Shown here: piece by piece, positions 38,359 to 48,143 of the stretch
How positions within the stretch are numbered: the stretch's first letter is position 1
Layout of the letters: each line of letters opens with the position of its first letter
IMG/VR virus record: IMGVR_UViG_3300033571_010557
Span: 3,367 to 67,366 of that record
Source: a virus
Reading direction: 5' to 3' (one strand)
DNA: 64,000 nucleotides
Position numbers and translations under genes: made by a program
Notes under the pieces: model-generated
The model's input: the letters and a program-made list of their open reading frames with translations, nothing else
Databases searched by the model: none
Told to the model about the DNA's origin: nothing

Positions 38359-38933
38359 GAATACTGACTCAGAGAATATTGACTTCATTGGCACCTGTGC
38401 CATTGAGTGAACAAAATTATACTGGAGAGGTTCCGGAGGCATTTGTAACTTTGTCCTTGTCACCTTCGATAAGTCTATCTCTATCTCCATCTACCTCTGC
38501 ATCGGCCTCTGGCCCTAGCCCTTCGGCCTCTGGCCCTAGCCCTTCGGCCTCTGGCCCTAGCCCTTCGGCCTCTGGCCCATCCCCCTCTGCATCGGCCTCT
38601 GCATCTGCATCGGCTTCTGGCCACAGTCCTTCGGCTTCTGGCCCATCCCCCTCTACATCGGCTTCTGGCCCAAGTCCTTCGGCTTCTAGCCCTAGCCCGT
38701 CCCCATCTTATTCCATTTCTCCTTCCGGACCGTCTCCTTCCGGACCGTCTCCTTCCGGACCCTCTTATAGCCCATCTTATTCCATTTCTCCTTCCGGACC
38801 ATCTCCCTCTCCTTCCGGACCGTCTCCTTCCGGACCCAGTCTTTCTATTAGCCCAAGTCCTTCTATTAGCCCAAGCCCATCACCTAGTCCATCTGGACCC
38901 AGTCCTTCACCCAGTCCTTCACCAGACCCATGA
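38355..38933 (+). CDS. Ser/Pro-rich mucin-like protein
   Basis: About 150 aa of SASGPSP/SGPSP repeats after a short unique N-terminus; ATGA-coupled on both sides. Confidence 0.75.
   Translation: MRILTQRILTSLAPVPLSEQNYTGEVPEAFVTLSLSPSISLSLSPSTSASASGPSPSASGPSPSASGPSPSASGPSPSASASASASASGHSPSASGPSPSTSASGPSPSASSPSPSPSYSISPSGPSPSGPSPSGPSYSPSYSISPSGPSPSPSGPSPSGPSLSISPSPSISPSPSPSPSGPSPSPSPSPDP
38500..38925 (+). repeat. Degenerate 15-21 bp tandem repeats encoding Ser/Pro
   Basis: CGGCCTCTGGCCCTAGCCCTT and TCTCCTTCCGGACCG units. Confidence 0.9.
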
Positions 38934-39424
38934 ATAACCGCGTAATATGGGTTATGGGTCTGTCAGGGACTGGCAAGACCACCACTATAACCGAGTACTC
39001 TAAGAGGAACGATGCGATCTACATTGACACCGATGATCTACGTGTCACGATGAACAGTGACCTCGGGTGGGGTAAAGATGATCGGTTGGAAAATGTCAGA
39101 AGATACGCTGAGTTGGCGAAGGCAATTTCAGTTCAAAGGGAGGTAATCGTTGGATGTACTACTCCAATGAAATTACAAAGAGAACTGCTGAAAAAAATTC
39201 TGCATAACCTGATCTTGGTTGAATTGGTTTGTAATCGGGATTTATTGGTTGATAGAAGTGTAGGGAATTATTACCGCAGATGCGGAGTCGATGACAGGGT
39301 CCCGTCATTAGCAGGGGTAAACTTTGAATACGAACCAACCGAGCATGGGGAGGCGAATTTCGTGTTTGACACCGGTGTGACATCGACGGAAGACATTCTA
39401 GAAGAACTAAGGAGGACAAAATGA
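38930..39424 (+). CDS. Adenylyl-sulfate kinase-like P-loop kinase
   Basis: IW..GLSGTGKTT, D.DDLR...DLG..K.DR.EN.RR.AE.AK, AGV...YEP. Confidence 0.75.
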   Translation: MNNRVIWVMGLSGTGKTTTITEYSKRNDAIYIDTDDLRVTMNSDLGWGKDDRLENVRRYAELAKAISVQREVIVGCTTPMKLQRELLKKILHNLILVELVCNRDLLVDRSVGNYYRRCGVDDRVPSLAGVNFEYEPTEHGEANFVFDTGVTSTEDILEELRRTK

Positions 39425-39849
39425 CTGACCTAATAGAAGAAGCTAGGGATGAAGATCTATTCCCTCTCATACTTGAGGATGAAAACCTAACCACTAAAGA
39501 GGCGTCTGATGATTTGATTGAGAGGATCGTCAGTAGTCAGATTCCACATTGTATAACCGACAGGGGTGTGACAATCCCGAATTCAAGTCTCAAGCATTTG
39601 AGGGGGTTGTCGGAGGAGGTCAGGATAACTCGAACTGACGATTTCCCTGTGAATGATTCAATTGGTATAGGGTATGAAATTGACGAAGATACTTGGAACA
39701 CTCTGAAAGGTATCTCGGAGGGTAAGGTTTATGATGGAAATGAGTTACATATCAAATGGCTTTCTGAGGCTGGACTAGTAGTCATTACCGACAGCGGTAG
39801 AATAGTCCTAACTGAGGACGCCAAAACTTGGATTTCTTCAACACAATGA
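39421..39849 (+). CDS. Acidic hypothetical protein with C-terminal wHTH-like segment
   Basis: L.EAGLV......I.LTE. Confidence 0.6.
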   Translation: MTDLIEEARDEDLFPLILEDENLTTKEASDDLIERIVSSQIPHCITDRGVTIPNSSLKHLRGLSEEVRITRTDDFPVNDSIGIGYEIDEDTWNTLKGISEGKVYDGNELHIKWLSEAGLVVITDSGRIVLTEDAKTWISSTQ

Positions 39850-40832
39850 CCGCCACAAAATCCCTCCCAAAGGTACTTCAACCAAGAAAGAATATTAAAC
39901 CTTATGATTACCCAGAGGTGGCGGAGTTTGCCAAACCGATCAGGGACGCCTTCTGGACTGTTGACCATTTTAACTTCACCAAGGACATACAGGATTATGA
40001 GGTAGTCCTGACTGATCTGGAACGGTCCGCCATCAAGAGAACACTTCTTGCCATATCCCAGGTGGAAGTGAAGGTGAAGGAATTTTGGGGAGACCTTTAC
40101 AAAAAGTTTCCCAAGTCTGAATTCAGCATAGTTGGATCGTGTTTCGCTGAGTGTGAGGGAAGGCACATGGAGACCTACAGCCATCTCCTCGAACTCCTCG
40201 GTCTTAATGACGAGTTCGACAATCTCCTCGAAGTACCAGCTATAGCAGCTAGAGTGGATTACATTTCGGAAGCGATGGTTCACGCTTCATCACAGAATCA
40301 CCAGCATTACGTCCTGACGCTGGCCCTTTTCTCCCTCTTCGTTGAGAACGTGAGCCTCTTCAGTCAGTTCGCTATTATTAAGGCTTTCTCCAAGGAAAGA
40401 AATACCCTGAGAGCCGTTGACAATGCTGTTCAGGCCACTCAGAAGGAAGAGCTTGTTCACGGCATGTTCGGGACATACCTCATAAATCTCGTCAGGAAGG
40501 AAGCCCCTGAGTGGTTCGATGGCGAGTTCTACCGTATCGTCCACGAAGCCTGCACTAAATCTTATAATGCCGAGCTTGCGATCATAGACTGGATATTTGA
40601 AGAGGGTGAGCTTGATTTCCTTCCCAAGTCAGTCCTCCATAGCTTCCTCAAGAATCGGTTCAATGAGTCAGTTGTCGGTATTGGCGGTAACCCGGTCTTC
40701 GAAGAGGTCGGCGACTTGTCTTCCCTCAAGTGGTTCGATGAGGAAATCAAGGCTGCTGTTCACGTGGACTTCTTCGCAAAGAAGAGTCCGAATTACGCGA
40801 AAATAGAGGTCAGTTCGGACGAACTCTTTTAA
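39846..40832 (+). CDS. nrdB: Ribonucleotide reductase class I beta subunit
   Basis: EGRH..TY, E.VSLFSQF, EELVH, VDFF. Confidence 0.93.
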   Translation: MTATKSLPKVLQPRKNIKPYDYPEVAEFAKPIRDAFWTVDHFNFTKDIQDYEVVLTDLERSAIKRTLLAISQVEVKVKEFWGDLYKKFPKSEFSIVGSCFAECEGRHMETYSHLLELLGLNDEFDNLLEVPAIAARVDYISEAMVHASSQNHQHYVLTLALFSLFVENVSLFSQFAIIKAFSKERNTLRAVDNAVQATQKEELVHGMFGTYLINLVRKEAPEWFDGEFYRIVHEACTKSYNAELAIIDWIFEEGELDFLPKSVLHSFLKNRFNESVVGIGGNPVFEEVGDLSSLKWFDEEIKAAVHVDFFAKKSPNYAKIEVSSDELF

Positions 40833-40858
40833 TAGCTTTCTAAGCTAATCCAAAACAT

Positions 40859-42514
40859 ATGTCTGACACTGATTATCGTTGGTACAACGACGTTTCTAAA
40901 CAATTCCTCAAGAGGGATTATCTACTTCCCGGACAGACTCTAGACGAAAGGGTTAGAGCCATAGCTCAACACGCTGAGAGGCTCAGCGGTAGGAGGGGGT
41001 ACGCTGAGAGAGTTATACATGCTGTTCAGAAGGGCTGGTGGTCTTTCTCTACGCCAGTATGGACCAACTACGGCCAAAGGCGTGGTCTCCCAATCTCATG
41101 CTTCGGTACTCATATAAGTGATTCCGTTGCTTCCATTGCCGAAGCCTTTGCCGAGATCACCATGATGAGCAAATTCGGTGGTGGTACTTCCGCTTATTTC
41201 GGAGCCATAAGACCACAAGGCCAAGACATCAAGGATAATGGTAAGGCTGGTGGTCCTAATTACTTCCTTCCCCTCTTCGAGCAACTCGTTAAAACGATTA
41301 CCCAGGGATCTACCAGAAACGCCAGTATGGCCGTTTATCTGGATGTCGAGCACCCGGACATTAGGAAATTCCTTGAGATCAGAGATGACCTTCACCCGAT
41401 TCAGAATCTTAACTATGGAATCTGTGTTGGTGATGAATGGCTTGAATCGATGAAGGCTGGAGATCCAGACAAGAGAGATCTTCAAGCCAAGATCCTGACG
41501 AACAGGAATAATAAGGGCTATCCCTATATCTTCTTCCGTGATAACGTTCGCAGGAATACTGTTGACGTTTATCGCGATAAGGGGATGGAGATCAGGCACT
41601 CGAATCTCTGCAGTGAGATTCTTCTTCCCACTAACGATGAGGAGTCATTCGTATGCTGCTTGTCATCCTTGAATCTCTCTCACTGGGATGAATGGAGAGA
41701 CACCGATACCATAGCCGACATGGTTCTTTTCCTCGACACCGTCATCACTGACTTCATCGAGAGAGCACGTTCGATACCGTTCTTGTACCGTGCTGTTAGA
41801 TTCGCCGAGCGTCATCGCGCTCTTGGAATGGGGGTCCTCGGGTGGCATTCCCTCCTGCAGTCCAAGATGATTCCATTCGAGAGCATGGAAGCCAAGATGC
41901 TCAACGCAACCATCTTCAGGCAGATCAAACAGCAGTCATGGGATGCTTCTAAAAAGCTCGCTCAGGAATTCGGCGAACCGGATGTTCTTAAGGGGTATGG
42001 CAGGAGGAACACCACCCTGACTGCCATTGCTCCAACGGTTTCTAGCGCAACCATTCTGGGACAGGCTTCGAGGGCTATTGAACCATACCTTGACAACTAC
42101 CACATCGTTGACACAGCTAAGTTGAAATATACCTTCCGCAATAGTCATCTTGAGAAGGTTCTCAAAGGTTATGGTGCGGATAAGGATTCCGTCTGGGATT
42201 CAATTCTCGACAACAGGGGTTCAGTACAACATCTAGACTTCCTGTCTGAACATGAGAAGGCGGTTTTCAAGACCTTCCCAGAGATCTCCCCAATGGAGAT
42301 AATAACTCAAGCCGCTCAAAGGCAACCAAGCCTCGACCAGACCCAGTCTCTTAATCTATTCTTGCATCCAAAGATGGACACGAAGGACAAAAACGCAGTG
42401 ATCATGAAGGCTTGGCAGGAAGGCATATCAACCTTATACTACCAATTCAACGTCAATGCTGCTCAGGAATTTTCCAGAGAGCACTCGATGAATTGTGCTT
42501 CCTGCTCCGCTTAG
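40859..42514 (+). CDS. nrdA: Ribonucleotide reductase class I alpha subunit (short, no ATP cone)
   Basis: STP, PISC, GGG, SNLCSEI, APTVSS, LYY, C-terminal CxxC. Confidence 0.95.
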   Translation: MSDTDYRWYNDVSKQFLKRDYLLPGQTLDERVRAIAQHAERLSGRRGYAERVIHAVQKGWWSFSTPVWTNYGQRRGLPISCFGTHISDSVASIAEAFAEITMMSKFGGGTSAYFGAIRPQGQDIKDNGKAGGPNYFLPLFEQLVKTITQGSTRNASMAVYLDVEHPDIRKFLEIRDDLHPIQNLNYGICVGDEWLESMKAGDPDKRDLQAKILTNRNNKGYPYIFFRDNVRRNTVDVYRDKGMEIRHSNLCSEILLPTNDEESFVCCLSSLNLSHWDEWRDTDTIADMVLFLDTVITDFIERARSIPFLYRAVRFAERHRALGMGVLGWHSLLQSKMIPFESMEAKMLNATIFRQIKQQSWDASKKLAQEFGEPDVLKGYGRRNTTLTAIAPTVSSATILGQASRAIEPYLDNYHIVDTAKLKYTFRNSHLEKVLKGYGADKDSVWDSILDNRGSVQHLDFLSEHEKAVFKTFPEISPMEIITQAAQRQPSLDQTQSLNLFLHPKMDTKDKNAVIMKAWQEGISTLYYQFNVNAAQEFSREHSMNCASCSA

Positions 42515-42583
42515 AATTTCTGACCGGGGAAGGAACGGTGACTAAATCCGGAATCAGGTTACTTTCTTTCCCTGGTTGGAATC

Positions 42584-43108
42584 ATGAACATTAAACTAAT
42601 CGCAGCAACAGATAAGAACCGGGGAATAGGGCTGAACGGTACTATACCGTGGAGCCTTCCCTTGGACATGAAGCATTTCAAGGAGACGACTAAAGGACAC
42701 GTCGTGGTGATGGGCCGTAAGACCTACGAGTCTATCCCAGAGAAGTACAGACCACTTCCGGGAAGGACCAACGTGGTTCTTAGTAAAAGTCTTGTCGAAG
42801 GGGATCTACCTGGGTGCAGCATATTTAACGGCTTTCACGAGGTTATTAACTTCTACGCTAGAAAAGAAGTAGATACAATCTATGTGGCGGGGGGTGGACA
42901 GATTTACGAGGAAGCTATAGGGTATGCCAGCGAGGTCATATTGACAGAGATCGATGAATCGTTCCCTGCAGACACTTTCTTCCCATTCGGTCTGGTATCC
43001 TGGATCGGGAGGTCTATGGAGTTCTTTCCTAAGTCCGAAAGTAATCCATACTCGTTTAGAATAATGAGGTACACCAGACCACCCTCTCATCACCTATATA
43101 GGGGTTGA
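42584..43108 (+). CDS. folA: Dihydrofolate reductase
   Basis: IG.NG.IPW..P.D..HFK, MGRKTYES, RPLPGR, GGGQIY. Confidence 0.95.
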   Translation: MNIKLIAATDKNRGIGLNGTIPWSLPLDMKHFKETTKGHVVVMGRKTYESIPEKYRPLPGRTNVVLSKSLVEGDLPGCSIFNGFHEVINFYARKEVDTIYVAGGGQIYEEAIGYASEVILTEIDESFPADTFFPFGLVSWIGRSMEFFPKSESNPYSFRIMRYTRPPSHHLYRG

Positions 43109-43286
43109 CAAATTGCCTTTTCTGGTTTTTATTTATTTATATGAAAGACAAAAGCAAAGAAAAGTTCTCACTCAACGAAAACCATGAAAAGCGCAACGCA
43201 GAGATCCTCAAAAAAGAGATCAACAGCAAAGTATCGGTAGAGGAAGCTATGCAACAGTACGAAAAAATTAAAGCTGGCTCCAACCG

Positions 43287-44054
43287 ATGAATCAAGCCTC
43301 ACGCTACAGACCCGACGTCCTACCCTTCAACCTCGATGACGGCATCCTAAAAGATGCCATCAGAGTGGCCTCCTCGGTACATGACGAGCTAAATATACCG
43401 GAATGGTCGGAAATCGAGGGTAGACCACTTAGGGTAGCTGCCCGGAATCGGTTAGCGAAGCTGGTAAAGCCAAAGGAGCAGGAAGCCTTGTTCAAGTGGG
43501 CTAATGAGTCCGGTCATTTGATATCAAACTCTGACTTTAACCGCCTCTGGAAAGAACAGGGGAAGAAAGGTGAGACTGAGAATGAGGTGTTTTATGACAA
43601 GAACAAGGGGATGTGGTTCAAGAGGAACGACCTGTCCTATCACGACTCATACCTTGGATTCCTCCAAAGGGTGGCCCTGCACAACAGACTGTTTCCGGAA
43701 GCCTCCTTGGCATTGGAGGGATTCATGGTTGACTATAACAGGTCCACGCCAGACCGGGTACCAATGTTGAAGCCAGTGATTTCCCAACGGCATATACCAT
43801 CAAGTAAGGGTGCAGAACCCCATGAGGTTGAGAAGTTCATGTCTCTCCAGGGTTATGAGAAGATAAACCAAACTGACTACTACGACCCGGTTAGACACAT
43901 AAGGGTGGAGGACCTTCATAATGAAAATGTTCTCATTCACGATGGTACGATTTACATTATCGACCCAGTTATCTTTCTGGACGAGAAGGGAAAACAATAC
44001 CGGCTGAAAGGTTCCGTAGAGGACGCAACTAAGGTTGTCTCAAAGTCTGAATGA
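43287..44054 (+). CDS. Polyvalent-protein-type Ser/Thr/Tyr kinase domain
   Basis: G.ENEV, R..LHN.LFPE, ISQ, DLHNENVL, IDP. Confidence 0.7.
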   Translation: MNQASRYRPDVLPFNLDDGILKDAIRVASSVHDELNIPEWSEIEGRPLRVAARNRLAKLVKPKEQEALFKWANESGHLISNSDFNRLWKEQGKKGETENEVFYDKNKGMWFKRNDLSYHDSYLGFLQRVALHNRLFPEASLALEGFMVDYNRSTPDRVPMLKPVISQRHIPSSKGAEPHEVEKFMSLQGYEKINQTDYYDPVRHIRVEDLHNENVLIHDGTIYIIDPVIFLDEKGKQYRLKGSVEDATKVVSKSE

Positions 44055-44057
44055 GAT

Positions 44058-44145
44058 GGATAGGTGGCAGAGCGGTTTATCGCGTCAGTCTTGAAAACTG
44101 AAACACCGTAAGGTGTCGAGGGTTCGAATCCCTCCCTATCCTCCA
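44058..44145 (+). tRNA. tRNA-Ser(TGA)
   Basis: Acceptor GGATAGG/CCTATCC, anticodon TCAGT-CTTGAAA-ACTGA, long variable arm ACACC-GTAA-GGTGT, TTCGAAT loop, CCA. Confidence 0.95.
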
Positions 44146-44445
44146 TCAATGGCTGGACCAATTAGCACCTTCTGGTACTTTGAAGAAGATCACTGCTCCC
44201 GGTCCATAACTTCTTTTCGCCCATCCTTTTTGTAGTAAGGCCGGGGAGGCTTCTTTAGAGAACGCTCTCAAAACGGACGGTGGCGCGTATGTTTTAGAGC
44301 CACTAGCATAATACCACGTATCCAGAGTGAATGGACCGTCTTCTTCCCAGAGAGACTCTGCAGCGGCTAACGCTCTTTCAACATCAAACCCAGATTGCTC
44401 CAAAAGTCGAGTTTTACTAAGTAATTTGTCGGTTAAGCTTCTCAT
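44146..44445 (-). CDS. Hypothetical protein
   Basis: 99-aa ORF with TATTTAT motif upstream on the minus strand. Confidence 0.65.
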   Translation of the reverse strand: MRSLTDKLLSKTRLLEQSGFDVERALAAAESLWEEDGPFTLDTWYYASGSKTYAPPSVLRAFSKEASPALLQKGWAKRSYGPGAVIFFKVPEGANWSSH

Positions 44446-44457
44446 ATTTCAATAAAT

Positions 44458-44489
44458 AGCGGGGTGCGAGCACCACCTCGCACCCCGCT
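44458..44489 (-). terminator. Hairpin terminator
   Basis: AGCGGGGTGCGAG-CACCAC-CTCGCACCCCGCT, T-rich tail on the minus strand. Confidence 0.75.
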
Positions 44490-44505
44490 GACCATGACCA
44501 CGCCG

Positions 44506-44973
44506 TTACGAAATTACTTCAACCGGTTCGTTGGAAACCCTTTGAAGGAAAGTGTCGATTTTCTTCTTGTTCTCTTCGTTCAGAAGGAGGACCTTTGCCC
44601 TCTTCCCTTCCAGGATGCGATCTTCGCACGCCAATCTGAGGAGGTGGTCACCGATTGCATCCCCGTTGGCACGATCATCTCCAGCCCTGACTTCGCGCTC
44701 GGATTGATCGGAACTGTTGCGCCTCGGTAAAGATGCCAGAAGACTGTTCTTCGAATTCCTGACGAACTGTCCGATGCATTCGATCATGAGATCCCTAAGT
44801 CGTTTACACGAGATAGCTCTCCCAATCCCGGTCAGGGTATCCCAATTATCTTGCAAGAAGACCGCGATGTTGGATGCTCTTGCCATTCTGTCATTTTCTG
44901 ATGCGGCGTACCTCTCGTTGTTCACTTTGAGGGTCACTGATTTGTTCATTAGAACGGTATTGATACGATTCAT
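44506..44973 (-). CDS. Hypothetical protein
   Basis: 155-aa ORF with AC-rich leader. Confidence 0.7.
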   Translation of the reverse strand: MNRINTVLMNKSVTLKVNNERYAASENDRMARASNIAVFLQDNWDTLTGIGRAISCKRLRDLMIECIGQFVRNSKNSLLASLPRRNSSDQSEREVRAGDDRANGDAIGDHLLRLACEDRILEGKRAKVLLLNEENKKKIDTFLQRVSNEPVEVIS

Positions 44974-45041
44974 TGTTTGTGTATTGCTGGTTTTATGTTG
45001 AGACCACTGCGGGTCAACTGTTAAGAAATCCTATAACTGAC

Positions 45042-45070
45042 TTGACAAAACATGAAGTGTGTGTTAAAAT
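45042..45070 (+). promoter_or_regulatory. Early promoter at the start of the accessory gene block
   Basis: TTGACA-17-TAAAAT, ATG at 45076. Confidence 0.8.
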
Positions 45071-45075
45071 ATGTC

Positions 45076-45426
45076 ATGACAAAGCAACAAGAAATTGAAA
45101 CGCTGAACGCATTCATTCGAACCCTGCCACAAGATTCTTATCTGCGGCCATGGTTGGAGTACGCTTTTCCGGATATCACGCAAGATATCATGAACGACAT
45201 CTTCCCAACCGCCATCCCGAGCGAGGCTCGAAAGCAAGCCATGCAGATTCTGATGCTTGCCAAAAACGAAGCAGCAGAGTTGAGGTCAAACGCTCAAAGG
45301 GAACTGGAGAAAGCTAATAAACAGGCCAATGAAACAGTCGAGAGCGCTCGCTCCTATGGTCGCAGGATTACAGCAGCGGCAAAGGATGCTGTTGAGCGTC
45401 TTGGCTCATGGGAACCGAAGTATTAA
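45076..45426 (+). CDS. Coiled-coil hypothetical protein
   Basis: ORF behind the promoter. Confidence 0.7.
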   Translation: MTKQQEIETLNAFIRTLPQDSYLRPWLEYAFPDITQDIMNDIFPTAIPSEARKQAMQILMLAKNEAAELRSNAQRELEKANKQANETVESARSYGRRITAAAKDAVERLGSWEPKY

Positions 45427-45640
45427 CCATCTTTCATGAAACTTGTTCTACCAAAATCAGACTCTGGCGACCCACGCATGGATCGCCTACTTGTAAAATA
45501 CTGGAAAAACCGAGAGACGCATTTCCTTCATTACAAGCAGACCCTGACTGCGTGTGGTAGACACCCGAATAAGGCGGTGGCAACGTCTCCACGTTGGTCA
45601 AATGTAACATGTGAGGAGTGCTTAGGCAAGTATTAAAGTT

Positions 45641-45997
45641 ATGAAACCACCATTTGCTATCGTCGATCATAACACATGTCCGGTCAGAGTGGCGTGGATG
45701 AGGCTCACCCCTAGTGGTAGGAAGACTAACGACTGGCACAGCATCACTATTAAGAGGTACAAGCAAGACGTACTAGTCAAGACTGATAAAGGCATGGGTC
45801 GGAAGTATATTCCCACCAAGTATCATGGGGTCAGGAATTTATCGGATGCCGTCGAAGTAGTCATGCGAGAACACCCTCCGCGAAAATTAAAGTCAAAGGA
45901 GGGCATCTGGTCTTTTCCGATTTTTGAAGAATTCGTCCAAACCCAGGCAACTGGATTTCCAGATTTCTTTATCGCACACAACTCAGCCGCCCTTTGA
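45641..45997 (+). CDS. Hypothetical protein
   Basis: 118-aa ORF. Confidence 0.6.
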   Translation: MKPPFAIVDHNTCPVRVAWMRLTPSGRKTNDWHSITIKRYKQDVLVKTDKGMGRKYIPTKYHGVRNLSDAVEVVMREHPPRKLKSKEGIWSFPIFEEFVQTQATGFPDFFIAHNSAAL

Positions 45998-46200
45998 TAT
46001 GTCAGATACCTTCAAGGCAGGTGACTCGTTCACCCTTCAAACCCGCTCCTACGACGTCACTCGAACTATTAACGAGATGGACGGAATGTACGTCCTGTTC
46101 ACCACTTCCTACTCAAAGAATGGGAAGGAATGCAAACCACCCGTTGATGGAAGGCTCTCGTTGGAGTCCTTCTCTGATTGGGCCTACAAAGCGGATAAAA

Positions 46201-46578
46201 ATGAATAGAGAAATTAAATTCCGTATTTGGTGCAAGGGTACTTCCACCAACTCTAACTTCAATAAACCTCGATGGATACCACCGACAGATTTTATTCTGC
46301 TTAAGTATTACCGTTGTTTCCAGGACGTGGTCGAGTCAGATGATTTCATTGTTCAACAATATACTGGGTTGAAGGATAAAAACGGAGTGGAAATTTATGA
46401 GGGCGATATTATTCGCTTGGGTCTCAACGACGACACGGTGTGGACCGGAGTAGTCGAGTGGGATAGATATATGGGCTTGAGAATGGATAACGGCGGGTGG
46501 ACAAGCATGGTCCATGTCGAGTCAATAGGTGAGGTGCTAGGTAACACCCTCGAAAACCCCGAATTACTAAGGCAATGA
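46201..46578 (+). CDS. YopX-family protein
   Basis: MNREIKFRIW, QYTGLKDKNG.EIYEGDI, EVLGN..ENPELL. Confidence 0.9.
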   Translation: MNREIKFRIWCKGTSTNSNFNKPRWIPPTDFILLKYYRCFQDVVESDDFIVQQYTGLKDKNGVEIYEGDIIRLGLNDDTVWTGVVEWDRYMGLRMDNGGWTSMVHVESIGEVLGNTLENPELLRQ

Positions 46579-46931
46579 GTACCCCTTTAACCGACAAGGA
46601 AGAATTCACTCTATACTCCGGACGTTCACCGGTCGAGGTAGTTTTATCCAGCTTCGCTCGTGATCTTGAGGAGAAGCTGACTCGAAAGTCCTTCCAATGT
46701 GTCGGGCTTGAGGCGGAAGTATCCGGCTTGAGGGCTGACATCGACTCTTTGAAGGAAGTCATTCAGGGGGTTCACGACTCTATTACGAGATTAACTCCTG
46801 CCAGCCTAAACATGGAGTACGAGGATTACGTCACCAGATTCGGTTGTGGACAAGAACACGCCAAGTCAAAAGGACTTTTAGAAACGATCAGCAAGCTAAA
46901 ATCATGCATCCAAAATACACCCCAGAAGTAA
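46575..46931 (+). CDS. Hypothetical protein
   Basis: MSTP.TD...FARDLE coiled-coil pattern. Confidence 0.65.
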   Translation: MSTPLTDKEEFTLYSGRSPVEVVLSSFARDLEEKLTRKSFQCVGLEAEVSGLRADIDSLKEVIQGVHDSITRLTPASLNMEYEDYVTRFGCGQEHAKSKGLLETISKLKSCIQNTPQK

Positions 46932-47305
46932 TAGACAAACTGCCAGAGAATAGCGTCTTCGTCTTCGGCTCGAATGAGTCAGGAATTCACGGCGCTGGAG
47001 CGGCTAAGACGGCCAAATTCAAATTCGGGGCCAAATTCGGATTAGGGTTCGGACCGAGTGGACTGAGCTTCGCTATTCCCACCAAGGATTGGGATATAGA
47101 GACTCTTCCGATCAAGGTCATTGAAACGTACGTAAAGAGGTTCATCGCGTATGCCAAGAACAGGCCGGAAACCACTTTCTATGTAACCAAGATCGGGTGT
47201 GGTCTGGCTGGTCACTCGATTAGGAAGATCGCACCGCTTTTTAAAGAAGTGGTAGAGGAATCAATCAAAAACATTATCCTTCCGGAGGAATTTCATCATG
47301 AGTAA
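46904..47305 (+). CDS. Macro-like phage protein (A1S_2505 type)
   Basis: VFVFGSN..G.HG.GAA, SFAIPTK, F.VT.IGCGLAG. Confidence 0.75.
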   Translation: MHPKYTPEVIDKLPENSVFVFGSNESGIHGAGAAKTAKFKFGAKFGLGFGPSGLSFAIPTKDWDIETLPIKVIETYVKRFIAYAKNRPETTFYVTKIGCGLAGHSIRKIAPLFKEVVEESIKNIILPEEFHHE

Positions 47306-48143
47306 TATTAGGAACGACTGCATAACGGTTTCTGGTAAGAGGGGGGAGGTGGAGAATTATTTCCACCCAATCCATCACAGGAACTTCGACAACGGACTCC
47401 AGCTATTTGTCACTATCCCAAGGGAGAAGGTCGGTGAATCAGGCTGGTTCCTAATCACTCCACGTGCTGTGTACCTTGATGAAGCTACGGTGTTGTTGCG
47501 ACAGCAGGGAGTGTGTGAAAGGGACGCGATCAAGAGGTATTTCGTGTACAGGTTCTTTCGTTATGAATTACCACCTCTCGACAACGAGACATACGAGGTG
47601 TGGGAGAAGGGGATATGCATCAGGAATAAGGTCTTGAATCTGCTTAGTGAATCAAGCAGACAGGAAGCGATCAAGTTCATCAAAGATCTGCAACCGGAGA
47701 GCAGGAAAGACGTCAACAAGGCTATCAGGGAAGATCTTCTGGTCCTGGTCAACAAGGCTATCAGGGAAGATCTTCTGGTCCTGGCTGAAAACCTTGGAAA
47801 GCTCCCACCCATCATCAGTAACGTGTGTGAGTCTATTATGCGTCTTACTTCGTTCGCTGAGGATTATCTGAGTAAGGAACAAGAGAAGGGACAGGAGAGG
47901 AAGTTCGTGGTTCCGACTCCGGTGCCTGAAAAGGTTCAACAGACCGGGACAAGCAACCTGTGTAACGAAGTAGCCCTCCCAAATAAAGAGGATCCTCACT
48001 ACCACCTTTCCGTAGCCGTCCTGAACGGACGTAGGATTCAGTGGAGGACAAGCTCCGGTCAGTGGATCGACTGCGAGAACCCGTCCAAGTATATTAAGAA
48101 CGGATGGAAATACCCACAGAACACCTACAGAATAGTACTATGA
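47298..48143 (+). CDS. Mosaic hypothetical protein
   Basis: 281-aa ORF with internal duplication. Confidence 0.65.
   Translation: MSNIRNDCITVSGKRGEVENYFHPIHHRNFDNGLQLFVTIPREKVGESGWFLITPRAVYLDEATVLLRQQGVCERDAIKRYFVYRFFRYELPPLDNETYEVWEKGICIRNKVLNLLSESSRQEAIKFIKDLQPESRKDVNKAIREDLLVLVNKAIREDLLVLAENLGKLPPIISNVCESIMRLTSFAEDYLSKEQEKGQERKFVVPTPVPEKVQQTGTSNLCNEVALPNKEDPHYHLSVAVLNGRRIQWRTSSGQWIDCENPSKYIKNGWKYPQNTYRIVL
47712..47783 (+). repeat. Perfect in-frame 36-bp tandem duplication (VNKAIREDLLVL x2)
   Basis: Read directly. Confidence 0.95.

Noticed and set aside
39846-42514. Introns or inteins in nrdA/nrdB or the helicases
   Set aside because: Continuous ORFs of normal or short length with no intein terminal motifs seen
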